A program made the position numbers and the translations under genes. Shown in pieces: positions 31,865 to 39,568 of a stretch of 43,994 bases of DNA. How positions within the stretch are numbered: the stretch's first letter is position 1; each line of letters opens with the position of its first letter. The notes beneath the pieces are model-generated. The model was not told the DNA's origin. It ran no database searches and saw only the letters and a list, made by a program, of their open reading frames with translations. The stretch is taken from IMG/VR virus record IMGVR_UViG_3300046780_000195, positions 1 through 43,994 of that record; one strand, given 5' to 3'. This DNA is from a virus.

Positions 31865-32537
31865 CGATATTGGCCCCGTTGACCAGACTCGCCCCCTCGC
31901 TGCACAGGAACGCCACCACGTTGGCCACTTCCTCCGGCGTGCCCATGCGGCCCAGCGGCAGTTCCGCCCCGCTCGGAGGCTTGCCTACGTCGATCTCGCC
32001 GGGTGCCACTGAATTGAACGTGATGCCGTCACGCGCCAGATAGCTCTGGCTTGCCAAGCTCTTCATCAGCGCCGTTTGTGCCGCCTTCGCCATCACGAAC
32101 CATGGGCGTGCGTTGCCATCCTTGCCGCCGAATATGCTGGTGATGGTGACGACGCGGCCCCATTTTTGGGCGCGCATATAAGGAATGGCCCATCGCGTCA
32201 GTTCGGCCGCCACTCCGGCATTTTTTAAATATACTTCCGTGCCCGTGGACAGCGCTGTTTCCTCAAATATCTCTGAGCCCCATCGCCCGCCGCCGCCAAC
32301 ATTATTGATTAAAATATCCGGGCGCACTCCGGTCATGGCCTCGCGCAGACTTTCTCTCTCCAAAACATCCACGCGCGTCGAACGCGACCAATTCTCCACC
32401 GTGCAGCCCTCACGACTCAGTGTTTCCATGATTGCACGCCCGATGCCCTTGCTGCCTCCGGTCACCACCGCGTGCTTGCCCGCCAGCCCATAGTCAACCA
32501 CCGAACGGAATCCCGCCGCCGATGGGCTCGCCCGCAT
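31833..32537 (-). CDS. short-chain dehydrogenase/reductase (SDR) family protein
   Basis: GKHAVVTGGSKGIGRAI (TGxxxGxG), INNVGGGG (NNAG-like) and …ITFNSVAPGEI… The start is uncertain: ATG at 32537 or GTG at 32501. Confidence 0.8.
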   Translation of the reverse strand: MRASPSAAGFRSVVDYGLAGKHAVVTGGSKGIGRAIMETLSREGCTVENWSRSTRVDVLERESLREAMTGVRPDILINNVGGGGRWGSEIFEETALSTGTEVYLKNAGVAAELTRWAIPYMRAQKWGRVVTITSIFGGKDGNARPWFVMAKAAQTALMKSLASQSYLARDGITFNSVAPGEIDVGKPPSGAELPLGRMGTPEEVANVVAFLCSEGASLVNGANIVVDGGQSRGI

Positions 32538-33018
32538 ATTTGTCGAACCGGATGTAATGCGGCGTTCTCGCCTCATAAGCCATCTTCACGCAGTCCTCGA
32601 CACATCCCCATTCAAATGGTTCGCAAACCGTCATGTTGGCGAGCGTCCGCATCAGTCCCAGATCCTCTGTTCCGTAGTGCGTCGGACCATCGCGCCACAT
32701 CGACGTACCGCCAAGTCCAAGAATCGTCACCGGAAGGTTCGGCAGGCAAATGCAGACCTTGATGAGTTCCCATCCGCGCATCAGGTGAGCGCATTGGCCA
32801 TAGGCAAATACCTTCTTGCCCGACGATGCGAGACCACCTGCGAGCGCCATCATGTTCTGCTCGGCAACGCCCACGTTGACGACCCGTGCAGGAAACTCCT
32901 CGCGAATGGTGTCGAGCCCCCACGCCCCATTGTCGTTGGTCAGCACGATGATGCCTGAATCAGCGCGCATCAGTTCGTGGACGACGGCGAATACGGCATC
33001 CCTGAAATCACGCGACAT
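32494..33018 (-). CDS. transketolase-like Pyr (pyrimidine-binding) domain subunit, lacking the usual C-terminal domain
   Basis: [20 protein letters not shown]…FPARVVNVGVAEQNMMALAGGLASSGKKVF…GPTHYGTEDLGLMRTLANMTVCEP…PHYIRFDK follows the Transket_pyr motif order. The protein ends about 120 aa earlier than typical C-terminal subunits. Confidence 0.75.
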   Translation of the reverse strand: MSRDFRDAVFAVVHELMRADSGIIVLTNDNGAWGLDTIREEFPARVVNVGVAEQNMMALAGGLASSGKKVFAYGQCAHLMRGWELIKVCICLPNLPVTILGLGGTSMWRDGPTHYGTEDLGLMRTLANMTVCEPFEWGCVEDCVKMAYEARTPHYIRFDKYAGEPIGGGIPFGG

Positions 33019-33580
33019 TGGGAAGTCCCTCCTCTTCGACTTCCTTGGGAATGCAGTCGGCATAGCGAGCCCACATCAGCGTGCGGGGGAGCGATGGAAT
33101 GAGACCGCAATGGTAATGGGTGTTGTCGGCCAGCCAAGCCGTTCCCCGAGGGCCATAGATTGGCTCAAGCAGGTCGTCGGGTCGCATATGGAGTTGAGCT
33201 GAATCAAGCGGTACGTCCGTTCCAAAGATGAACAGCGCCACGATTTTGGAACCGCCCCGATCACGATGCAGGCCATGCAGTCCGGGGAAGTAAGGCGTGT
33301 CTTTATTCGTGTAGAAGGCATTGAGACTCCATAGGTGTGCAGGGCAATCGAAGTATTCGCTGACCTTGGGAATGAAACCCTTGGCGTAGTCGAGGAAGTG
33401 AGGGGCGGCCATCACGTCCTCCATCGAATTGCATTCCATGCCGTTGCGTGGTCGCGCCTTGATGTGACCGGGATAGCGCGGGCATTGGTCGAGATGGTCG
33501 GTGACCTGCTTGATCCATGGCAAAACACCCAATCTTGCAAACCCGCAGCTTCGGAGATCCCGGATCATATGTGCTTCCAT
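33008..33580 (-). CDS. possible Fe(II)/2-oxoglutarate (PhyH-like) dioxygenase
   Basis: GLHRDRGG (HxD) … [14 protein letters not shown] … PRTLMWARY resembles the HxD…H…R facial triad and 2OG-binding arrangement. Support is weak and by pattern only. An alternative start is at 33568 (ATGA overlap with the HNH stop). Confidence 0.4.
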   Translation of the reverse strand: MEAHMIRDLRSCGFARLGVLPWIKQVTDHLDQCPRYPGHIKARPRNGMECNSMEDVMAAPHFLDYAKGFIPKVSEYFDCPAHLWSLNAFYTNKDTPYFPGLHGLHRDRGGSKIVALFIFGTDVPLDSAQLHMRPDDLLEPIYGPRGTAWLADNTHYHCGLIPSLPRTLMWARYADCIPKEVEEEGLPNVA

Positions 33581-34047
33581 GAATGACGGGCTCTAATGTT
33601 GTGAACTTGAGATTTCGCTATTTTATAATCTTGAGCGATCTGAACGCAGGTACGTGGATCAGCTCGAATTGCCCTCACATCTGCGGCTGATATTTTTGAC
33701 GTTCCTACTCGTTCACCGCTAGTGTTTCGCGCCTTGGCATTTCGATCAGTCATATTGTCGGCATGTGTTCCCAAGAATAGATGATTAGGATTCACACATG
33801 ATCGGACATCACACTTATGGCAAACAAACATTCCTGCTGGAATAGGCCCGCGATGCGTTGTCCACGCTAATCGATGTGCTAACCAAGTTCTCCGCCCCCA
33901 ATTCAATTTGCCATATCCAACATTAGATTGATGGCCCAACCAGAGAAAGCAGCCGCTATTTGGCTCCGGCATGGAATCAATTTCCAATCTCTCAAATGCG
34001 GTACGGTATCGCATTGAAGATGTCCGTTTCGGACGAGCAACGCTCAT
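33565..34047 (-). CDS. HNH homing endonuclease (HNH_3 type + HTH), copy 3 of 3
   Basis: [20 protein letters not shown]…[43 protein letters not shown], then [12 protein letters not shown]…[20 protein letters not shown]. It looks AT-richer than its flanks. Confidence 0.85.
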   Translation of the reverse strand: MSVARPKRTSSMRYRTAFERLEIDSMPEPNSGCFLWLGHQSNVGYGKLNWGRRTWLAHRLAWTTHRGPIPAGMFVCHKCDVRSCVNPNHLFLGTHADNMTDRNAKARNTSGERVGTSKISAADVRAIRADPRTCVQIAQDYKIAKSQVHNIRARHSWKHI

Positions 34048-34751
34048 GCCAGCGCCTTTCGTGCTTCAGCGATCTCATCGCCCTTTGGAATCTGATGGTG
34101 CCACTTGGGATTGCCCTCCATATAAGAAATGCCGCGCCCTTTGATCGTTCTTGCGACAATGCCCAAGGGGCGGCGCATATAAGGTTCGCGAGGCAATAGC
34201 CGCAATCTTAGCATCGAGATATTATGCCCACTCTCATCAAATATATCCCATCCGAAGGCCTGAAACTTTCGATCAAGCGGGCTAATATTAAGAATCTCGC
34301 CCGTGAAACTGGCACAAGCCTGTCCGTTGTCGTCAACGATGGCGATAAGGTTGCTGAGTTGATGATGTGCTGAGAACATCACCGCTTCCCATATCGCCCC
34401 CTCGTGCAGCTCGGCATCGCCCAGCACGCAGAATACCCGCCCCGGCTTGCCGTCCAGTTTGTTGGCCAGCGCCATGCCCGCAGCCATGCCGAGCCCCATG
34501 CCAAGCGAGCCGCTGCACTTGTGGGGCCAGCCCGGCCACATCGGGTAGTCGGGGTCGGGCCACAGTGCATCCAGCGTCAGATGGCCGTGCGTCTTGCTGA
34601 GAACCAGCCTGTCCTCGGGCTTCATCACTTCATGCAGGACAACGGCGATCTCGACCCATGACAGGGCGCTCGCAACATGGCCCTTGCCGTTCGCGAGAGC
34701 GGTTTCGAGGATGGTGCGGCGGATCTCTGCGGCCTTGGTTTCGAGGTTCAT
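34044..34751 (-). CDS. transketolase-like N-terminal (thiamine-diphosphate-binding) subunit
   Basis: [33 protein letters not shown] and [38 protein letters not shown] (GDG…EG…N TPP/metal motif). Confidence 0.85.
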   Translation of the reverse strand: MNLETKAAEIRRTILETALANGKGHVASALSWVEIAVVLHEVMKPEDRLVLSKTHGHLTLDALWPDPDYPMWPGWPHKCSGSLGMGLGMAAGMALANKLDGKPGRVFCVLGDAELHEGAIWEAVMFSAHHQLSNLIAIVDDNGQACASFTGEILNISPLDRKFQAFGWDIFDESGHNISMLRLRLLPREPYMRRPLGIVARTIKGRGISYMEGNPKWHHQIPKGDEIAEARKALA

Positions 34752-34978
34752 GCGTCTCCACCTAATGCTCGCTCAATCCATAATTTGATGAGAACCTTTC
34801 CCATCACGCGATTCATCTGCTCATCCATTTCATCGTCTATTGGCAACACAATCGAAGATTCCATGACGAATCGCCGCAATGCGGAAACTGCCGCGTGGGC
34901 TTCAGCAAAATAGTCAGCGTTCCTTTTGGATTCGTGCGCGTCCTTGATTGCAGCAGCCATTTCTTCAATGAGTGTCAT
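34748..34978 (-). CDS. hypothetical protein (76 aa)
   Basis: Track ORF with ATGA overlaps at both ends. Confidence 0.5.
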   Translation of the reverse strand: MTLIEEMAAAIKDAHESKRNADYFAEAHAAVSALRRFVMESSIVLPIDDEMDEQMNRVMGKVLIKLWIERALGGDA

Positions 34979-35886
34979 GGTGCCCCCTCCAGCGCATCGA
35001 TGCGTGCCCGGTCGGTAAGCGTGGGGTTAGGGCTCCACTGAATCTGCGAGTAGCCTTCCAGCAGAAGGCTGCCGAAGCCGGTGCGATGCCCGCCGAGAGG
35101 CACAACTTCATTGGCAAAGCCGCGCCAGAAGCCGCGTGCCTCGTGGATCTTGATCGCCGTGTAATCAACAAGATTGGCGGGATCGTACCACTCCAGCATT
35201 GGCTCGATGTGGAAACACATCGCGGGTTGGCTGCGGCGCACGAACTCCAGGAAAGGCCGCCACCGGGTTCCGGTCTGCTCCATGGCACCAATCGTCAGCA
35301 CCGCTGAATTGGGCATGAATGGCTGGAGAGTATGAGGCTCGAAGAAATCGAACCTGCCGCCACCGATGTTGGGGAAATGGCTGCGCAGCCGGTCGATAAT
35401 CCTGAACGATGCATCGGCCCAGTCATAGCCATGGATGTGTTTGCCGGGAAACTCCTGGGCGAGAAACACGAGGTTGTGCCCGGAACCGCAGCCGAACTCG
35501 TAGATGTGGTCGAAGCCCGAGAGATAGCGCCGTGCGAACCAGCCCCGGAATACACTGTACCAATTGGCCTCGAACATCGGGTCAGCAGGTTCGATGAATT
35601 GTCCGTCGAGCCGCAGCACCTTGGCGGGGCGCAGGTATTTAGGCTCCAGCGCCTTGAGGTCGTCGGTGCGGCGGAAGTCCTCGAAATTCTCCTGCCAGCC
35701 TTTCTGCCAACGTCCGGTATTCTCGCCGGCAATCGAGAACGAGCGACCCTCCAGCCTGTGCAGCAGGTCGATCACGACGCTGTTGGATGCGTCACTGTCC
35801 AGCGTCTTGTAGCGCCAGTCGTGCGCCTTGATCTCGGCCTCGGTCTTGATGTCGAGTGGGCCGCCGAACATCTTTTCCCACTTCAT
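34975..35886 (-). CDS. class I SAM-dependent methyltransferase
   Basis: Motif I IYEFGCGSGHNLVFLAQ, followed by an acidic residue (HGYDWAD). Start MKWEKMFGG at 35886 (ATGA overlap with the upstream stop). Confidence 0.7.
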   Translation of the reverse strand: MKWEKMFGGPLDIKTEAEIKAHDWRYKTLDSDASNSVVIDLLHRLEGRSFSIAGENTGRWQKGWQENFEDFRRTDDLKALEPKYLRPAKVLRLDGQFIEPADPMFEANWYSVFRGWFARRYLSGFDHIYEFGCGSGHNLVFLAQEFPGKHIHGYDWADASFRIIDRLRSHFPNIGGGRFDFFEPHTLQPFMPNSAVLTIGAMEQTGTRWRPFLEFVRRSQPAMCFHIEPMLEWYDPANLVDYTAIKIHEARGFWRGFANEVVPLGGHRTGFGSLLLEGYSQIQWSPNPTLTDRARIDALEGAP

Positions 35887-36104
35887 GCCTGCTCCTTCTG
35901 GTAGCTTGCCCATACGCGGCGGCGCACAATCTCGGCAAAAGGCAGCGAAAGCGCCTCCGATTCACGCGATAGCTTGCCCAGCAAATCAGGCGGCCAACTG
36001 ACCGTCACCCGCGGCGACTGCAGCGTAGACCGCCCGCTGGTGTTGATCGTGCAGCCCTTGGCAAAGCCCTTATTACGGGAGAGGCGGCGTTTCACATCGC
36101 TCAT
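35883..36104 (-). CDS. possible ribbon-helix-helix regulator (73 aa)
   Basis: …PRVTVSWPPDLLGKLSRESEALSLPFAEIVRRRVW resembles the RHH strand-helix-helix pattern (rvtvslp.elle.ld…s.selir.a). Confidence 0.4.
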   Translation of the reverse strand: MSDVKRRLSRNKGFAKGCTINTSGRSTLQSPRVTVSWPPDLLGKLSRESEALSLPFAEIVRRRVWASYQKEQA

Positions 36105-36508
36105 GGCACCCTCGCCTTGCTGGCCTCATGCGGGAAACGCAATCCATTGCGGTGATACTTGCCTTTGTTGAAGGCTTTGGCGGCGAAAATCACCGTGTCT
36201 TCCGGCGCGATGTCGCCTAGAATGTGCCATGTTGCTTGCGGCCAAGTGTAATCAGGCTTGCCCCAAATCCGCACCGCGCTCCAATATTCGTCGCCTCGGA
36301 AACCGATGAAGTGAACGCAACCACCGACCACCAAGCAAGCCTCCGAACGACGCCAGCAAATCTCAGCCCATGACCAGCCCAAGCGTCTGCATTGAGCGTT
36401 CCAGTCAGACGCGCTGATAAAGAACTGTTCAATCTTCGGCCTGTGGATAGCAGGAGGCGCATCCTTCTCCATGCTCTTGAAACGCTCGATTGAACTTTGC
36501 CGGCTCAT
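36101..36508 (-). CDS. hypothetical protein (135 aa)
   Basis: Start MSRQSSIERFKSMEK at 36508 (ATGA overlap). This is the downstream part of track ORF 36101..36796. Confidence 0.5.
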   Translation of the reverse strand: MSRQSSIERFKSMEKDAPPAIHRPKIEQFFISASDWNAQCRRLGWSWAEICWRRSEACLVVGGCVHFIGFRGDEYWSAVRIWGKPDYTWPQATWHILGDIAPEDTVIFAAKAFNKGKYHRNGLRFPHEASKARVP

Positions 36509-36705
36509 GGCACGCGCTTCCTGCTGGCCTCGATAAACGCATACCAGTCCCTGAGAACCGGCGTGGCGTTCTGGATCTGCTTGGCCGTCCGTGCCGCCTC
36601 GGTTGCCTGGGTGATCGACCCGGTGCGGTGGTAGGGGTTGCCGGTCTTGTTGCCGGGCCACTTCGTTACGGGGCGGCGCTTGAAGAGGCTTTTCATGTTG
36701 CTCAT
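36505..36705 (-). CDS. hypothetical protein (66 aa)
   Basis: Start MSNMKSLFKRRPVTKWPGNK at 36705 (ATGA overlap with the upstream 49-aa ORF). Confidence 0.45.
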   Translation of the reverse strand: MSNMKSLFKRRPVTKWPGNKTGNPYHRTGSITQATEAARTAKQIQNATPVLRDWYAFIEASRKRVP

Positions 36706-36851
36706 TTCTTTGGTTCCATCTTTTCCCAAAGCGCCTCTGCCTCGTGGGCAATGTGTTCATCGACAATCTCTTGGATTTCGGCGTCGGTATATTCATTATC
36801 GCCCAAATCGAGCACGCCAGATTTCCGCTGAATTTCCCATTTGACTCTCAT
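36702..36851 (-). CDS. hypothetical protein (49 aa)
   Basis: Hand-read as MRVKWEIQRKSGVLDLGDNEYTDAEIQEIVDEHIAHEAEALWEKMEPKK, with AAGGAG 7 nt upstream. Confidence 0.45.
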   Translation of the reverse strand: MRVKWEIQRKSGVLDLGDNEYTDAEIQEIVDEHIAHEAEALWEKMEPKK

Positions 36852-36894
36852 GGCAGCAACTCCTTGGGCACCTGACAGCCGGGCTCGCCAACCC

Positions 36895-37326
36895 TCACAG
36901 CGCAGCCCTCAGAGCATCGCGGATTTGCTTTCGCCCGCGCATCCGATTGTCGAGTTCGTTCTTTAGGTCGGCCCACGTTGGCCAGAATTGGTTGGCGTCC
37001 GCCCATCTGTCGCAAGACGTGTTGACCACATCGCGCGGATATTCAGCAAGTCGTCGCGTGTAAGCTGCTGCCAGCAATTCGGTGTCCGACCCGTCACGCG
37101 CACGGTGCGCCGTCAGTACGCGAAGCTCGGTTAATTTCTGGGCAGCGAATGAGGCCTCGCAAGGCATGAGATAGGGGGCCAGTGCCTTCAGCATGGCGTC
37201 GGCCTGATGGTGGTTCACGCCATCGCGAACCTTCACGTCAGTCACTTTGACGCCTTCAAAGCCATGGCTACCGTACAGGCTCGCGTCCCCCCAAGCGAGC
37301 AGCGGCGCGAGCGAACGCGCCAGCAT
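36895..37326 (-). CDS. hypothetical protein, possible replication accessory protein; start uncertain
   Basis: Track ORF 36895..37569 overlaps the organizer gene by 302 nt. The first in-frame ATG past the conserved end of the organizer (…WRNWCRN) is at 37326. The C-terminus reads …CDRWADANQFWPTWADLKNEL. Confidence 0.4.
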   Translation of the reverse strand: MLARSLAPLLAWGDASLYGSHGFEGVKVTDVKVRDGVNHHQADAMLKALAPYLMPCEASFAAQKLTELRVLTAHRARDGSDTELLAAAYTRRLAEYPRDVVNTSCDRWADANQFWPTWADLKNELDNRMRGRKQIRDALRAAL

Positions 37327-38107
37327 CGCCGCCGTCTCGGGAAGATCGAACGCCCTTGCGAGTCGTGCTGCCACGTCCGGTATCGTTGCGACACCAGTTG
37401 CGCCAAGTGGCTTCCCAATCGACCTTGCAGCCACGTTGTCCGGGCTGGGCGATCCAGTAGTCTCGGAAACGCTCGCGGGTTTCCTGCGGATCGAGTCCCT
37501 GATCGCGGGCAAAATCTGCGAGAGCCTGCGTTGGCTGCCAGTCCTCTCCGAGTCGTGTTCCTCGTCCATGGGCTTTCCCTTTCGTTGGGCGCGCTTGCGC
37601 GCTCTCAGACTCTTCTATCTTTGCTTCTGTATCTGCTTCTGCTTCTGCTTCTGCTATGTCAGTTTGTGACGTGACGGGTGCGTGACTGTGCGTGACGCCG
37701 CGTCGTTGTCTCGCTCGCTTCTGCCTGATGGCGTCTTGCTCTTTTTTGTCGTCAAGTGATGCTTTTCTGCGGTATTTTGCGTAGTTCAGAAGAAGCCAAC
37801 CGCCGTCGATCTCAGCGACTCTGCGTCCTTCATCCGTCTTGGTTCTGGAGCGATCATCTGGAGCAAGAAATTTTGCGAGCGCCGCGTCACATGCTTCGAC
37901 CGAAACGCCAGCCAAACGAGCCAACCCAGGAACGCTGCCCTGCACTTCGCCATTCTTGTCGGCCAGTGCGAGCATGGTGATCCAGACGATACGGGTCTGG
38001 TCGTCCTCAATCCAAATGGTCGAGGTGATGATGGAGGAAAAGAGCTTGGTATAAGCCACGGGCAAGAGGCTAGCGTGACTTTGCGTGACTGTCACGCTTT
38101 TTGCCAA
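37268..38107 (-). CDS. replisome organizer / replication initiation protein
   Basis: The N-terminal domain …IWIEDDQTRIVWITMLALADKNGEVQGSVPGLARLAGVSVEACDAALAKF is winged-helix-like. It is followed by an acidic linker and a C-terminal …FRDYWIAQPGQRGCKVDWEATWRNWCRN motif, as in phage organizer/DnaD-like proteins. Confidence 0.55.
   Translation of the reverse strand: MAKSVTVTQSHASLLPVAYTKLFSSIITSTIWIEDDQTRIVWITMLALADKNGEVQGSVPGLARLAGVSVEACDAALAKFLAPDDRSRTKTDEGRRVAEIDGGWLLLNYAKYRRKASLDDKKEQDAIRQKRARQRRGVTHSHAPVTSQTDIAEAEAEADTEAKIEESESAQARPTKGKAHGRGTRLGEDWQPTQALADFARDQGLDPQETRERFRDYWIAQPGQRGCKVDWEATWRNWCRNDTGRGSTTRKGVRSSRDGGDAGAFARAAARLGGREPVR
37666..37696. repeat. iteron-like cluster: GTGACGTGAC then GTGCGTGAC x2 at 10-bp spacing
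   Basis: GTGAC at 37666 and 37671. GTGCGTGAC at 37678-37686 and 37688-37696. The cluster is adjacent to a (CTGCTT)n run at 37633-37655. Confidence 0.7.
38073..38097. repeat. iteron-like cluster: GCGTGAC x2 at 10-bp spacing plus inverted copy
   Basis: GCGTGAC at 38073-38079 and 38083-38089, followed by GTCACGC at 38091-38097 (palindrome GCGTGAC-T-GTCACGC). Confidence 0.7.
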
Positions 38108-38215
38108 GCGTCCTTACAATAATATCTCGCGGCTTAGGGCGGCTACGCTTCTGCATCTGCTTTGCCAAGCGTCTTGTCATCCTGGGGCCGTAGGGCGCTG
38201 GGCGGGGGGACGAGA

Positions 38216-38791
38216 TCATTGGGCCGCACCTCTAGCGATGCCAATCAGAAGATCGCGAAATGCCAAAGGGGAAGCGGCGCGTTCGGCATCTGGTAGCTGG
38301 GGTAGTTGGTTCTTTCCGAACCGACCGATCTGATGACTACCGCGAACATTTCGCCAATCCAGCGGCGGCGGTGCTGCGTCTCCGCAATAGAGCAACCACG
38401 TTCGCTTTTTGGCCCGGTGGCCATACGCCGCTTGATCGACTTCCGTCACCCAGTCGCCGTCGATCGTAAGCTGCCAGCCTCGAGAAGTGGGCTCAGGAAT
38501 GCGGTGGAAGCGAAAGGCCCTGGATTCGGCAGGATGCTCGAGAACGCCGCCATAGGTCCGCACGCTTGCCAACGCCGACGCGAAACAACCATCATCTTCG
38601 TTGATCTTCCAGCGCCACCGCTTATGATTGACCGCACTCAAAAGGTGCCAGCGGTCACAGGGCGGATGAGCCACCACCGGATACGGACCGCCGTATTGCC
38701 TAGCATCTCGCGTGCGATCCCAAGGATGAACGCCAACTACGCCGAAATAGCAGCCGCCAGTTTCCACAAAGAGAGCGGCCACATCAGTCAC
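38216..38791 (-). CDS. short, degenerate DNA C5-cytosine-methyltransferase-like protein (191 aa)
   Basis: VVAHPPCDRW (motif IV PPC), GGVLEHPAES (ENV-like motif VI), QAAYGHRAKKRTWL (motif VIII-like) and an altered motif I ALFVETGG (normally FxGxGG). No room remains for a target-recognition domain. Confidence 0.5.
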   Translation of the reverse strand: MTDVAALFVETGGCYFGVVGVHPWDRTRDARQYGGPYPVVAHPPCDRWHLLSAVNHKRWRWKINEDDGCFASALASVRTYGGVLEHPAESRAFRFHRIPEPTSRGWQLTIDGDWVTEVDQAAYGHRAKKRTWLLYCGDAAPPPLDWRNVRGSHQIGRFGKNQLPQLPDAERAASPLAFRDLLIGIARGAAQ

Positions 38792-38842
38792 GATTGATTC
38801 CTCCGAGGCGAAGCGCGCTATCCTCTTGTGGCGTATCCATGG

Positions 38843-39232
38843 TCAGGAGAGCTTGGCATGGAGGGGGATGCGGTACCGATTGAGCAGGCTGACCAGCTCG
38901 CCAAGACTCTTGCATTCCTCGTACTCGCAGCCGCATTTGCGCCATGCCGCCTGCACTACAAGCTGCGCGTCCGACATCCGACCTTTGGATGCCTTCAGTT
39001 CAATGCCAATCACATCCGCCATCGGCCTAATGCTTGTGTTCCAACCGGATGGGTGCATGATCAGAATATCGGGCAGACCGGGACGCACCCCACGCGCACG
39101 CCTGAGCCCCGCACTTGCTGGTGTCATCTTGCCTGCCCCGTGGTCGATCGCCGTCCAGAACGTCGGCGGACGCAGCGCCACCCGCAGGTAGTTCGCCACC
39201 TGGATCTGCAGGGTCTGCTCGGGTCTACGCAC
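38843..39232 (-). CDS. VRR-NUC domain nuclease (PD-(D/E)xK)
   Basis: …GVRPGLPDILIMH…VIGIELKASKGRMSDAQLVVQAAWRKCG… shows the D…ExK core and the VRR-NUC layout. GTG start. Confidence 0.7.
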   Translation of the reverse strand: MRRPEQTLQIQVANYLRVALRPPTFWTAIDHGAGKMTPASAGLRRARGVRPGLPDILIMHPSGWNTSIRPMADVIGIELKASKGRMSDAQLVVQAAWRKCGCEYEECKSLGELVSLLNRYRIPLHAKLS

Positions 39233-39380
39233 TGGCTGCTTCTTTCAACTGCACCACCATCCACTGCTGCAACTCGCGCAGCCGCCTGAGCTTGTCGCCC
39301 CCGCGAGCCCGGTGGTAGGCCAGCATGAGGGTCCGATGCTCGGCAGAGAAGGCGCGGCGGGCGATCTGGCGGCGGGTCAT
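39225..39380 (-). CDS. hypothetical protein (51 aa)
   Basis: Hand-read as MTRRQIARRAFSAEHRTLMLAYHRARGGDKLRRLRELQQWMVVQLKEAASA, with an ATGA overlap with the upstream gene. Confidence 0.4.
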   Translation of the reverse strand: MTRRQIARRAFSAEHRTLMLAYHRARGGDKLRRLRELQQWMVVQLKEAASA

Positions 39381-39568
39381 CCGGCAGTCTCCGCGCGGCG
39401 TTTGAGGTCCATCATATTGCGAACGAGTCCTCGCGCCCGATTAAGATGGTCGCGCACTGCACCCCATTCATTACGCCAGCCAGGCTTCTCCGAAAGGTAA
39501 TTGGCCCGTTCCATCAAACCAAATAGTTTCGCGTCGAAGTCATCCGCGTCTCTCTCGTTCTGACTCAT
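39377..39568 (-). CDS. hypothetical protein (63 aa)
   Basis: Track ORF. Confidence 0.5.
   Translation of the reverse strand: MSQNERDADDFDAKLFGLMERANYLSEKPGWRNEWGAVRDHLNRARGLVRNMMDLKRRAETAG

Noticed and set aside
37633-37655. (CTGCTT)n hexanucleotide microsatellite.
   Set aside because: It lies in frame within the organizer gene and encodes an AEAEAE acidic linker, so it is probably just low-complexity coding sequence. It is mentioned only as context for the neighbouring iterons.
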